A stretch of 64,000 nucleotides of DNA from an uncultured Spirochaetota bacterium (GCA_944388995.1 CALXKN010000004.1:6394-70393); one strand, 5' to 3'. Shown: positions 28,428 to 37,592, counted from the stretch's first letter. Program-made: numbers and translations. Notes: generated by a model not told the origin, from the letters alone.

Positions 28428-29227
28428 AGCGGATTTTGTTTGCGGCAGTGTTTCCGATATTTTTTTCCGCCTGTACGTTTCGTTCGGCGGCGTCGCTGTA
28501 CAATGAGGGGAATGAGTTGTATCGGGAAGGTCGTTTTACGGAAGCCGCTGACCGTTACAAAGAAGCGATTGAAAAAGATCCATCGCCCGGGCTGGCAGCA
28601 CGAATTTATTTTAATGCGGGCAATGCGTCGGTAAAGGAAGCGCTCGCTTCTTCCGGTGAATCGGCAGATCTTTCCTCTGCTGACAGCGAAAATCGCCTTC
28701 GTCAAGCTCTGGAACTTTATTGTCTGGCGCAGGCGTGTTGCAGCGAATCGTTTGCAGCAGCGGCTGTCAATGCGGAGTGGGTCAGAGTTCGTTTGTCCGG
28801 CAGCGAACAAAACTCCGAAGAACAAAACTCCGATAAAAATGAAGGAAGTTCATCCGATGAATCGGATTCTGCTGAAAACAAAGAAAACTCCTCCGGAGAA
28901 TCGGAAGAAGAAAGCAGCGAAGATTCATCTGAAAAACAGGATCCGCAAGAGAACAAAAGTGAAAATTCCGACCGGACGAATTCCGGAAAAGAAGAGGACA
29001 GCATTTCCGAAGAAGAAAATCCCGGCGAAGGTCAAGGCGCTGCTTCCGAAGAAGGAGAAAAAGACGCTTTCGGGCAGCCGAAATCCGAAGAAGACGCCCT
29101 TTCTCAGGAAGAGGCGGCACGGATGCGGGAAGCGGCAGAGTTGTTGGAACGGGAAGCGGCTATGCGCCGGCAACGCCCGCTATTTAATCGGGTGCCTTCC
29201 TATGATGATACGGAGAGGAATTGGTGA
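28424..29227 (+). CDS. batC: TPR/acidic low-complexity aerotolerance protein BatC
   Basis: Lipoprotein signal, TPR-like N-terminus, long Ser/Glu/Asp-rich tract. Confidence 0.6.
   Translation: MKRILFAAVFPIFFSACTFRSAASLYNEGNELYREGRFTEAADRYKEAIEKDPSPGLAARIYFNAGNASVKEALASSGESADLSSADSENRLRQALELYCLAQACCSESFAAAAVNAEWVRVRLSGSEQNSEEQNSDKNEGSSSDESDSAENKENSSGESEEESSEDSSEKQDPQENKSENSDRTNSGKEEDSISEEENPGEGQGAASEEGEKDAFGQPKSEEDALSQEEAARMREAAELLEREAAMRRQRPLFNRVPSYDDTERNW
28800..29110 (+). repeat. acidic low-complexity (GAA/GAT-rich) coding tract within batC
   Basis: Runs of gaagaa/gatgaa encoding SEEQNSD..ESEEESSEDSSE. Generates the spurious K-rich ORF 28656..29423 in another frame. Confidence 0.6.
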
Positions 29228-30918
29228 TGAAAAAAAGATTTCTGTTTTTATTGCTGTTGCCGTCGTTTTTAACCGCTCAAGCCGCATTTCCGCAGAACGT
29301 TTCGACTTCTCTCAGCCGTTCGGAGTCATATGTCGGCGAAACAGTCTATCTCTCGTTTTCTTTGCAAACGGAAGAAAAACCGGTTTTAAAGCCGCTGCGC
29401 GCGGTTTTGGGCTTGAAAATTGAGTATCAAGGGGAGAATGTTTCGACTCAGGTGACGACAACAATCGTCAACGGCCGCCGTCAAACGCGGACAGTGTACC
29501 AATACCGCTTTACTTACGCCGTAACGGGGGAGAAACCGGGCGTTTATATCATTCCGCAAACGACGGTTTCCGTCGGCGATCGGGAAATGAGTACATCTCC
29601 GGCTAAGCTGACAGTAAAGGAGATTGAGCGCAATGAAAAGTATCGGTTGATATTGAGAGTCGAAAACGGAGAGCGCGTTTATGTCGGCGAATCGGTTGAT
29701 TTGACTGTCGAATTGGAAATTTCCTCCGAAATCGGGACTCCGGAAATTGAAATTCCGTTTCTAAACGGAACTGAGCTTTCACCTGTCAAAAATTACACGG
29801 AGACGGATGCCGGAAATATCAAAATTAACGACGGCTATTTTCCCGTTAAAAGGGAAGAGGCGGTCCGTTCAAGAGCGGTTTTTTCTGCCCGTCTGCGTTT
29901 TGCAGCGCAAACACCGGGAGTTTATTCGTTCGATGAGGCAAGAGCTTCGTTTCGAGCGGTGACATCCGTCCGCGAATCGGTCGATATTTTCGGCCGTACG
30001 GTTGCTGACAAACAGTACGAGTCGGTTGTCATTCCGGCGGAGAGCGGTCAGTTGGAAATTCTTGCGCTGCCGCAGCCTCAACCGGCGAATTTTTCCGGTA
30101 TTGTCGGCGTTCCGCGTTTGAGTGCCGAAGCCGATTTGACTGAAGCGTTTGTCGGTGATCCGATTACTTATCGGCTGACGGTCGAAGGTGTAGAAAACGT
30201 TCCTTCGGATTTACCGCCGTTGAATCGGATCGATTCGTTTGAGTCGCACTTTCGGATTCCCGAACACCATTCGCCGGCAATGAATGAGAACGGTAAAACG
30301 GTCTTTGTCTACACCATCCGTCCGCTTTCGGCTGATGTCGATGAAATTCCCGCTTATCCGTGCGTTGTTTTTAATCCCGAATCGGAGAGTTACGAAACCG
30401 TAACGGCGTCAGCGCTGCCGTTAAAGGTGAATCCGTCGCCGGCTTTAGTCGAAGAACAAATTGAAGAGTTTTCGTTTGATTCCGCCGAACGGGAAAAAGT
30501 ATCGATGGAAAAAATCGAAAACTTGCTGCCAGCCAATCCTTCTGCTTCGGCGTTATTAAAAAAGGAGAGTCGGTTTCCGTATCGTCCGTTGTTTTGGATT
30601 GTTTACGCGGTTTCGTTTGTTATTGCATTGATACCGATTGCGGCAGCTGTTATTTTGTGTCTTCGTAAACGCCGTTCGCCGACTCTTGCTTCCCGTAAGA
30701 GAGAGCTGCTGCAGCGGTTTGAATCTCTTCTTCGACGAAACGATGGAAAGAAGCTTGAATCGTTCCTCAATCTTTTGAATGAGTACGATGATGTTAAAGC
30801 GGTCTGTCCGGTGTGTTCGATCATCGAAGATGAGGTTGAACGGGCGCTTTTTTCCGGAAGCGCCGGTGAATTCGACGCCGGAGTGGCGTTTGCGAGGTTG
30901 AAGGAGGGACTGCGATGA
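29221..30918 (+). CDS. batD: BatD-like oxygen-tolerance protein
   Basis: Signal peptide, about 565 aa, C-terminal TM (LFWIVYAVSFVIALIPIAAAVILCL); canonical position. Confidence 0.65.
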   Translation: MVMKKRFLFLLLLPSFLTAQAAFPQNVSTSLSRSESYVGETVYLSFSLQTEEKPVLKPLRAVLGLKIEYQGENVSTQVTTTIVNGRRQTRTVYQYRFTYAVTGEKPGVYIIPQTTVSVGDREMSTSPAKLTVKEIERNEKYRLILRVENGERVYVGESVDLTVELEISSEIGTPEIEIPFLNGTELSPVKNYTETDAGNIKINDGYFPVKREEAVRSRAVFSARLRFAAQTPGVYSFDEARASFRAVTSVRESVDIFGRTVADKQYESVVIPAESGQLEILALPQPQPANFSGIVGVPRLSAEADLTEAFVGDPITYRLTVEGVENVPSDLPPLNRIDSFESHFRIPEHHSPAMNENGKTVFVYTIRPLSADVDEIPAYPCVVFNPESESYETVTASALPLKVNPSPALVEEQIEEFSFDSAEREKVSMEKIENLLPANPSASALLKKESRFPYRPLFWIVYAVSFVIALIPIAAAVILCLRKRRSPTLASRKRELLQRFESLLRRNDGKKLESFLNLLNEYDDVKAVCPVCSIIEDEVERALFSGSAGEFDAGVAFARLKEGLR

Positions 30919-31709
30919 AACGAGTTTTGATTCTTTTAATGGCAGCGCTCGCCGTTTCCGGATTCGCTTCGAACGCCGAAGAACGCATTGCCGAAGCTGA
31001 AAAATTTTTTCGGGAAGGTTTGGATTTAATGAAAACCGACGCTTCCGCGTCGGCTGCCGCGTTTGAAAAGAGCGAAGCGCTCTACCGCGCTTCTGCAGCC
31101 GAATTTCCCAATGCGGCGGTTTACCTCTGTCTCGGAAACGCGGCGTTTTTACGCCGGGATTTTCCGAAAGCCGTTTATTATTACCGCCAGTCGCAGTCGT
31201 TCAGCGACAACGCTTCCGTCCGCGCCGCTTTAAACGCAGCCCGCCTGCGTTTAAACGAAGAGATTGAAATTCCGATTCAGGTAAAAATTTTTGAAACCGT
31301 CTTCTTTCCTCACTACAGGATTCCGTTTTCCGTGCGTGCGGCTGCCTTTCCCGTACTGCTTTTCGCCCTGTCGCTTCTTGCCTCATCGGCGCTGCTTCGC
31401 GGCGGTTGGAAGCGGAAAAAGGCGGTCGCCGCCGTTTTGGCTTTTCTTTTGGCCGCGGACTTCCTTTCCGTGACTGTGACCGTTGCTGAAAAAACCTTCC
31501 GCAGGGAAGGGGTCATTTTGAGTGAAACCGAAGGCCGCTCCGGCAACCACCTTGCTTACGACCCCGCTTACCTGCGCCCGGTTCCGGCAGGAAGCGAAGT
31601 GACGGTGACTGACGAACGGTTCGGCTGGATGCGGATTGTTTTGCGGGACCGCTCGCGTTGCTGGGTTCCGAAAGAGGCCGTCTCACTGATCGGCGATCCG
31701 CTTCAGTAA
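30915..31709 (+). CDS. batE: BatE-like TPR/SH3-type protein
   Basis: Signal peptide, TPR-like helices, internal TMs and C-terminal SH3-like GWMRIVLRDRSRCWVPKEAV. Confidence 0.55.
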   Translation: MKRVLILLMAALAVSGFASNAEERIAEAEKFFREGLDLMKTDASASAAAFEKSEALYRASAAEFPNAAVYLCLGNAAFLRRDFPKAVYYYRQSQSFSDNASVRAALNAARLRLNEEIEIPIQVKIFETVFFPHYRIPFSVRAAAFPVLLFALSLLASSALLRGGWKRKKAVAAVLAFLLAADFLSVTVTVAEKTFRREGVILSETEGRSGNHLAYDPAYLRPVPAGSEVTVTDERFGWMRIVLRDRSRCWVPKEAVSLIGDPLQ

Positions 31710-32936
31710 AAATACGGCAGCCTCGGTTTTGGAAACAAAACCCGTATCGCTCACCGTTCCGTCCGCGGAAATAATCAGCAGCCGGTTCGTATCGGTTTCA
31801 AATCCGCAGCCCGGCGCGGAAACGTCATTGACGGCAATAAAGTCGGCGCGGGCCTTTTCCATGCGCTTCACGGCGTCTTTGCGCAAAAGCGCTTCGTCGG
31901 CCTGCGGCAGCGCGCGGAACGCGGTGATTTGGCTTTCCGGCGACTGTTCCCGCATACGGTCGAGGATTTTGACAGTCGGAACCAATGTCACGGTGAGACT
32001 CCCGGTTCCGTGCGTCGGAATTTTCCCCTGAACGGAAACTTCCGGCTTCCAGTCTCCGACTGCCGCGGCGGCGATGATGCGGTCGTATTTGTTTTCCTTT
32101 AATTCTGTTTCAACGGCGGCCGCCATCTGATCGGCGGTTTCCGTTTTGATAATGCGCACATTGTCCGGCAGTCGGCACGCCGTTTTCCCCGCAATCATCG
32201 TTACTTCCGCGCCCGCTTTTTGAGCCGCTTCGGCGACAGCCGCGCCCATTTTTCCGCTGGAATTATTGGAAATCACCCGTACACTGTCAAGATATTCGAC
32301 GGTCCGTCCCGTCGTGACGAGGATCCGTTCGCCTTCCAGGAAACGGTCGCCGTGCGGTGAGTGCAGCCGGATTTTGACCTCCTTCAGAATGGTTTCTTCA
32401 TCGGGAATTTTGGCTTTTCCTTCTTCCATTCGGGGAGCGAGAACCGAAACGCCCCAGCTTCGTAACCGGGCCAGATTTTCCCTGACGGCGGGATGGTAAA
32501 ACATCGGTTCGTGCATGGAAGGAACCAGGACAATCGGAATCCCTTCGCCGAGCGCGGTTGTGGCAAAAGTCGTAACGGGGGTGTCGTCGATTCCGCAGGC
32601 GATTTTTCCGACAGTGTTCGCTGTCGCCGGAGCAATCAGCAGCAAATCGGCTTTCGTCTTCGTGTTTCCGGCAAAACAAACGTGTTCGACATCGCCGGTC
32701 AGTTCAAGAATCGGCTTGCGTCCGGTCGCCCAGTGCAGTAACTGAGGGGAGATGAGTCCGGCGGCAGCCGCGCTCATTACGGGAATGATTTCCGCTCCGT
32801 GCCGCATCAGCAGACGGGCCAGTCCGACGCTTTTCAGTACGGCGACGCTGCCGCAGAGCGCCAGGACGATGCGTTTTCCTTTTAAATCGGAAGAAAGGGT
32901 TCCGATAATGTCGGTTGACGGGTGGGGTTCAGCCAT
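31683..32936 (-). CDS. coaBC: bifunctional phosphopantothenoylcysteine decarboxylase / phosphopantothenate-cysteine ligase
   Basis: Flavoprotein N-domain KRIVLALCGSVAVLKS, DFP-domain C-terminal half; about 417 aa. Confidence 0.85.
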   Translation of the reverse strand: MAEPHPSTDIIGTLSSDLKGKRIVLALCGSVAVLKSVGLARLLMRHGAEIIPVMSAAAAGLISPQLLHWATGRKPILELTGDVEHVCFAGNTKTKADLLLIAPATANTVGKIACGIDDTPVTTFATTALGEGIPIVLVPSMHEPMFYHPAVRENLARLRSWGVSVLAPRMEEGKAKIPDEETILKEVKIRLHSPHGDRFLEGERILVTTGRTVEYLDSVRVISNNSSGKMGAAVAEAAQKAGAEVTMIAGKTACRLPDNVRIIKTETADQMAAAVETELKENKYDRIIAAAAVGDWKPEVSVQGKIPTHGTGSLTVTLVPTVKILDRMREQSPESQITAFRALPQADEALLRKDAVKRMEKARADFIAVNDVSAPGCGFETDTNRLLIISADGTVSDTGFVSKTEAAVFLLKRIADQ

Positions 32937-34098
32937 TTTCTGTCTCCGTAATTTTCTGTAAATCCTTTAAAAAACGGCGGACGGTCTTTTCCGTCACATG
33001 GGGCATAATGACGATACGCAAATACTCTCCGAAGAAGGAGATCGCCCAGCCTTTTGCCCGCAGTCGTTCGGAAAGAATTTCATTTGCGATTTTTGTCGAG
33101 CAAAAAGCGACGACGTTGAGCTGCGGTTCTTTTACACAGCGGATTCCGTCGATTCGGTCCAAACGTCCGGCAAGGGAACGGGCGAGGGACATCGATTTTC
33201 TGACGATTTTGATATAGCCGCTTTCGCCGAGTCTGAGGATTTGCGCCCAGTTGGCCAAAACCGCCGCGCCGCTGCGGGTTCCGACGAGCGTCAGATGTTC
33301 CGTTTCTCCTCCGGAAAGATAAGAGACGGGAAAGGCGACCCGTCCGGCAATTTCGGCGGAACGGTACAAAATGCAGCCGCCGGGAGTGAGTCCCCGTCCC
33401 ATTTTGTGGGGATCGATGGTGACGGAAGAGACGCCGGGAACCGAAAAATCAAACGGCTTGGAAGGAAACCCCGCTTTTTCCAAAAAAGGCAGAACGAAAC
33501 CGCCGAAAGCGGCGTCCGTATGAAGGTAGACGCCGTGTTTTTCAGCCAACGCTCCCAAAGCGGGGATATCGTCGACCGCTCCGGTTCCCGTGGTTCCGGC
33601 AATGCCGATCAACGCCAGCGTGTTTTCCGAAATAGCGGCGGCTGCCGCTTCGACGTCAATCGAAAAATCTTCTTTATGAGGGATAAAAATCAGTTTGAGA
33701 TCCATCATTTCGGCCGCTTTGCGGAACGAAAAGTGGGCGCAGTCGGAGAGAATCACTTCCCTCTGGTTGGAGGCGGACAGTTTTTTGGCCGTCAGTAGCG
33801 CCAGAATGTTGGCCTCCGTTCCGCCGGTCGTAAAAACGCCGGCGGCGGACGGATTTCCGAGCAGGGAGCCGAGCATTTCAACCGCCCGGCGTTCGATTTC
33901 CGCCGTCCCCGGACACAGCCCCGGATCGCCGAGGTTCTTTTCGATATAGCGGCGGAAAATGCGGGCGCAAAATGCCGGCGGATCGGAACACATACTGCCG
34001 ATAATTTTTCCGCTTCGAAATGATAAATCCCGTCGCAATTCTTTTTTCAGGATGCGGTTGATTTTCGCTTTCGGGAACGGCTTTTTCGGAAAAGGCAT
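32929..34098 (-). CDS. group II PLP-dependent decarboxylase, archaeal MfnA-type (probable L-aspartate/L-tyrosine decarboxylase supplying beta-alanine)
   Basis: FTTGGTEANILAL and ...DPHKMG (PLP-Lys) motifs; about 389 aa like MfnA; embedded between coaBC and panB. Confidence 0.65.
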   Translation of the reverse strand: MPFPKKPFPKAKINRILKKELRRDLSFRSGKIIGSMCSDPPAFCARIFRRYIEKNLGDPGLCPGTAEIERRAVEMLGSLLGNPSAAGVFTTGGTEANILALLTAKKLSASNQREVILSDCAHFSFRKAAEMMDLKLIFIPHKEDFSIDVEAAAAAISENTLALIGIAGTTGTGAVDDIPALGALAEKHGVYLHTDAAFGGFVLPFLEKAGFPSKPFDFSVPGVSSVTIDPHKMGRGLTPGGCILYRSAEIAGRVAFPVSYLSGGETEHLTLVGTRSGAAVLANWAQILRLGESGYIKIVRKSMSLARSLAGRLDRIDGIRCVKEPQLNVVAFCSTKIANEILSERLRAKGWAISFFGEYLRIVIMPHVTEKTVRRFLKDLQKITETENG

Positions 34099-34865
34099 CA
34101 GCGGTACGACTCGTTTTGAGAGGGATAATCGCCCGAGCGGACGTCGCGGACGAATGAGTGGACCGCTTCGATGATAACGCCGCAGAGATCCGCATAGCGT
34201 CTGACGAATTTAGCGCCCTTTTCTTCTTTCAGACCGAGCATATCGTTGACAACAAGAACCTGTCCGTCGCAGCCGTTGCCGGCGCCGATTCCGATTGTCG
34301 GAATGTCGAGCGACTCCGTAATTTCGGCCGCCAATGCGGAAGAGGTGCACTCGATCACAGTCATGACGGCGCCCTCTTCCTGAAGAGCCGCCGCTTCGGT
34401 TTTGAGCCTGATTTGTTCGTCCTCCTCTTTTCCGCGGACTTTGAAGTTTTCGGCTGTCTGCGGAAGAAGTCCGATGTGGGCGCACACGGGGATGCCGGCA
34501 TCGGTCAGCGCCCGGACAATTCCTTTGCGGTAGCCTTCCAGCTTAACGCCGTCGGCGCCCGCTTCAATCAGACGGCGGGCGTTTGCAACGGCGGTTTCCG
34601 GCGTTTCGTAACTGAGATGAGGCATATCGGTCCACACAAACGCATTCGGCGCGCCCGCGCGGACGGAGCGGGTGTGGTAAACCATCTGACCGACCGTTAC
34701 TTCCCGCGTTGATGAAACGCCTTGGAATACATTTCCCAAACTGTCGCCGACAAGGATACAGTCGATACCGGCTTTTTCAAGCAAGGAAGCGAACGCCGCG
34801 TCGTAGGCGGTCAGCATTGTCAGCCGTTCGCCCGTTTCTCGGTATTTCCCGAAACTTCGTTTCAT
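34098..34865 (-). CDS. panB: 3-methyl-2-oxobutanoate hydroxymethyltransferase
   Basis: RLTMLTAYDAAFASLLEKAGIDCILVGDSLGNV N-terminal PanB signature. Confidence 0.85.
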   Translation of the reverse strand: MKRSFGKYRETGERLTMLTAYDAAFASLLEKAGIDCILVGDSLGNVFQGVSSTREVTVGQMVYHTRSVRAGAPNAFVWTDMPHLSYETPETAVANARRLIEAGADGVKLEGYRKGIVRALTDAGIPVCAHIGLLPQTAENFKVRGKEEDEQIRLKTEAAALQEEGAVMTVIECTSSALAAEITESLDIPTIGIGAGNGCDGQVLVVNDMLGLKEEKGAKFVRRYADLCGVIIEAVHSFVRDVRSGDYPSQNESYR

Positions 34866-35611
34866 AAAATTCCCCTGACGGCTTTCTCCGCCTCTTTCAG
34901 AATGGCCGTATTATCGTATTCATCAAGAATTTTTCGGCGTTCTTCTTCGGAGAGTGCAGCCGTCTCTTTCAGTTTGCGGATTAAAAGCGGCAGCGCGCGG
35001 GTGATGTTGTCGACAATGGTGACCGTTCCCGAAACGGCCGTGCGCGAGAGCGGGTTCAGGTCGATGACGACGGTTTTCTTTCCTTCCCGGACAAGCGCTT
35101 CGGCGCGGTCGCCGTCTTCCAGCGGAACAATCACCGTGTCGGCGGCCGCAATACCGTTGCGGTCGACAATGCGCCGCGCGTGATCGAGTGAGGAAAGACG
35201 CAGCGTATCGGATTTCTTCACTCCCAAAACGGTTTTGACTCCGTGTTTTTTCAAATGCTTCAGAATCGCCCGTTCCCGTTTCGGCGTGCGGTAAAACAGA
35301 TTGATTTCGACGGCAACCGGCGAGATCCGTTCAATTTCGGCAATTTCATCGGGGCAAAGCGCCGCCGCATTTCCGTTGACCGAGAGAATCGGCCGTTCGG
35401 ATTCAAGAATCAGCGCCGCCGCCGCTTCGGCTGCCTTGAGCGCAAACGGTTTCGTCTCTTCTCCCAACAAATAATCGAACGCTTCCCCCCGTCCGTGGGC
35501 AATCAGTCCCGATTCGGCGACAATCGATTTTTTTCCGCCTTCCGTAATCAGATGGCGCATCAAAAGAGAATGGTAGCGCGGGTGACTCGGCGGAAGGTCT
35601 TTAAAGCTCAT
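34862..35611 (-). CDS. DUF137-family protein resembling archaeal 4-phosphopantoate--beta-alanine ligase (phosphopantothenate synthetase, PPS)
   Basis: SHPRYHSLLMRHLITEG...LIAHGRGEAFDYLLGE N-terminal pattern and about 249 aa size fit the COG1701/PPS family; operon context with PoK-like kinase, panB, coaBC. Confidence 0.5.
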   Translation of the reverse strand: MSFKDLPPSHPRYHSLLMRHLITEGGKKSIVAESGLIAHGRGEAFDYLLGEETKPFALKAAEAAAALILESERPILSVNGNAAALCPDEIAEIERISPVAVEINLFYRTPKRERAILKHLKKHGVKTVLGVKKSDTLRLSSLDHARRIVDRNGIAAADTVIVPLEDGDRAEALVREGKKTVVIDLNPLSRTAVSGTVTIVDNITRALPLLIRKLKETAALSEEERRKILDEYDNTAILKEAEKAVRGIL

Positions 35612-36510
35612 CGGATTCTGGCTCCTTTTTCGGCAACGGTTGAGATGAGTATATCACTTTTGAGATTCTTTTTCAGCAGTTTTTTTAATTTTTGCGCTTC
35701 CCTTTTGCCGGAACAGAAGGTGTAGACGCCGTCGCCGAACATCAGCATGGCGGCGCGTTTGCCGTAACTTTCCAAAAGAGCCGCCGCTTTGCGTCCGTTT
35801 TCGGAAAAAAGATCCGCTTCCGCCGAAAAACCGGCCGCTTCCGTCAAAAACCGTTGCGGCGACGATTCGTTTTTGAGGCGCAGCAGCCGTTCGCCGGCAG
35901 ATCGGTTAATCCGCTCCCGGATAAGGGGATCCGAAAGCGAGCAGACCGTTGAGAGCGGACCGAAGAGCGCAAACACGGCATAAACCGTCTCTTCCGGAAA
36001 AAAGCCGTCAATCAGACCGAACGGCGGCGCGCCCGGTTTCAGCCGCAGTTCAAAACCGCCCCGCTGTTCGCCGACGACGGTTCCCAATCCGGTTCTGCAC
36101 AAAACATCGGCGCTGTGGGCCGCTCCGACAGTCTGACTTTCATCAAGAGGGGAACCGTAAAGCCGGTTCAGCGCCAACGCGAGACTCAGCGCGCCTGCCC
36201 CCGAAGTTCCGAAGCCGGCTCCCTGCGGTACGTTTACGCGGTGCGCGATTTTCAGCGGTTCGGGAGGAATTCCGGCGGCGGCGAAAAACAGCTCGGCTGT
36301 TTTCAGAGAAACGGGCGCAAAGACGCGGCGACCGTTGATGAGGACGATACTCTCCGATCGGAAACGGCATCGGCGGACAGCGGTGAAAGTTCCCTTGCCG
36401 ATACAAAAACCGGCTCCCAAGGAGCCGGTCTGCAGCGGATTCTCCGAGGCGTCTTTGATTGTAAAAAATCCCGTTATATGAGCGGGGCAGAAAGATTTCG
36501 CTCTGCGCAT
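35608..36510 (-). CDS. GHMP-kinase family protein resembling archaeal pantoate kinase (PoK)
   Basis: N-terminal CPAHITGFF and GHMP motif II PQGAGFGTSGAGALSLALALN; about 300 aa; context. Confidence 0.5.
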   Translation of the reverse strand: MRRAKSFCPAHITGFFTIKDASENPLQTGSLGAGFCIGKGTFTAVRRCRFRSESIVLINGRRVFAPVSLKTAELFFAAAGIPPEPLKIAHRVNVPQGAGFGTSGAGALSLALALNRLYGSPLDESQTVGAAHSADVLCRTGLGTVVGEQRGGFELRLKPGAPPFGLIDGFFPEETVYAVFALFGPLSTVCSLSDPLIRERINRSAGERLLRLKNESSPQRFLTEAAGFSAEADLFSENGRKAAALLESYGKRAAMLMFGDGVYTFCSGKREAQKLKKLLKKNLKSDILISTVAEKGARIR

Positions 36511-36544
36511 ACCTCAGTATAACGGTTTTTTTGAAAAAAGTAAA

Positions 36545-37480
36545 TCAGACCCACTTATCGATTTCCTGCGGATTGGCGATGATTTCCGCGACCCGATCCT
36601 GAAACGGCAGCAGCTGTCCGAAATCGACGGCTCTGTGATCGAAGGTGCAGCAGATCGGCAGGATTTTACGGATTCCGATTTGCTGTCTGCCGTTTGCGTC
36701 GGTGTACACGCCCGGGCGGTCCTGCAGCGCATTCAGACCGATAACGAAAACCTGAGGGGCGATGATTTCAAGGATGGAAACAGCGCCTTTTTGGTGGCGG
36801 TTAATGGATCCGATATTCGAAACCAAAGTCGTCGCGCCGAAAATATCGGCAGGCGTCAGTCTGTCTTTTTCCGGAATTTTATAGTACTCTTTGCGTCGTT
36901 GCCTGGAAATCCGCCGGACTCTGTGCTTGCCGATTAAATTCGGAATGATTTGTTTCAGAGAAGAAAATTTCAGGTTTTTCAAATCGGAGATTTTTTCGCC
37001 GAAACTGACCTTGTACAGCAACTCTTCGAGAATGGTATTTTTCAGCCGCCGGGCAATGTCGTTGATGTAATCGGTGATTTCATGAAGATTCTTGTTGCCG
37101 ACGTCTTTGACAATCGGAGTGAACATATCTCCGTTATCAAGCATCCACGGAAGCGCAATGTTGATTTCCCGGGCAATTTTATGCGTTCCGCGGGCTGTCG
37201 ATGCCGAGTACTCCAAGTTGGAGTTGAGTTCCGGCGCCGCCTTCAGTCCCTCGGCGATGACTTTCAGCATCAGCGTATTGAACGAGATTTTTCCGTTTTT
37301 TGAAAAACGTTCTTTATTATCCTGAAAATACTGAAAAAAATCGGTCATATCCGGTTCATAAACGTAGGAAACGTGGGGAATTTCATTCCACGATTTCTGC
37401 GTCATGTAAGCGACCATTTTTCTCTGGATTCCGAAAATCCGCTTTTCCGTAAAGGTAATCCCTTTTCCCATTTGACTCAT
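36545..37480 (-). CDS. stand-alone 2-oxoacid dehydrogenase E2-type acyltransferase catalytic domain (CAT-like), no lipoyl/PSBD domains
   Basis: C-terminal catalytic motif CCTFDHRAVDFGQ (DHRxxDG-like) and overall E2 catalytic-domain layout, beginning directly with the catalytic domain. Confidence 0.55.
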   Translation of the reverse strand: MSQMGKGITFTEKRIFGIQRKMVAYMTQKSWNEIPHVSYVYEPDMTDFFQYFQDNKERFSKNGKISFNTLMLKVIAEGLKAAPELNSNLEYSASTARGTHKIAREINIALPWMLDNGDMFTPIVKDVGNKNLHEITDYINDIARRLKNTILEELLYKVSFGEKISDLKNLKFSSLKQIIPNLIGKHRVRRISRQRRKEYYKIPEKDRLTPADIFGATTLVSNIGSINRHQKGAVSILEIIAPQVFVIGLNALQDRPGVYTDANGRQQIGIRKILPICCTFDHRAVDFGQLLPFQDRVAEIIANPQEIDKWV

Positions 37481-37568
37481 AGTGATTTGCTCCTTTAATT
37501 TGTATGGTTTATTATAACCGATTTTCTTTCAAAAATAATTAAAATAGTATTAAAAAAAACAAAAATAA

Positions 37569-37578
37569 TGCTATAATA
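37569..37578 (+). promoter_or_regulatory. extended -10 element (TGcTATAAT) upstream of pyrB-pyrI fusion
   Basis: tgctataat at 37569-37578 in an AT-rich divergent intergenic region; GTGAGGTGG RBS then ATG 37593. Confidence 0.35.
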
Positions 37579-37592
37579 AAGTGAGGTGGATT

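Noticed and set aside
28656-29423. 255-aa lysine-rich ORF overlapping batC/batD
   Set aside because: It is an alternate reading frame of the GAA/GAT acidic repeat; the frame used for batC has a signal peptide and fits operon phasing.
34158-36522. Several 100-190-aa plus-strand ORFs across the CoA operon (34158..34712, 35243..35725, 35949..36338, 36115..36522)
   Set aside because: All are antisense to well-supported minus-strand genes and have Arg/Gly-rich translations.
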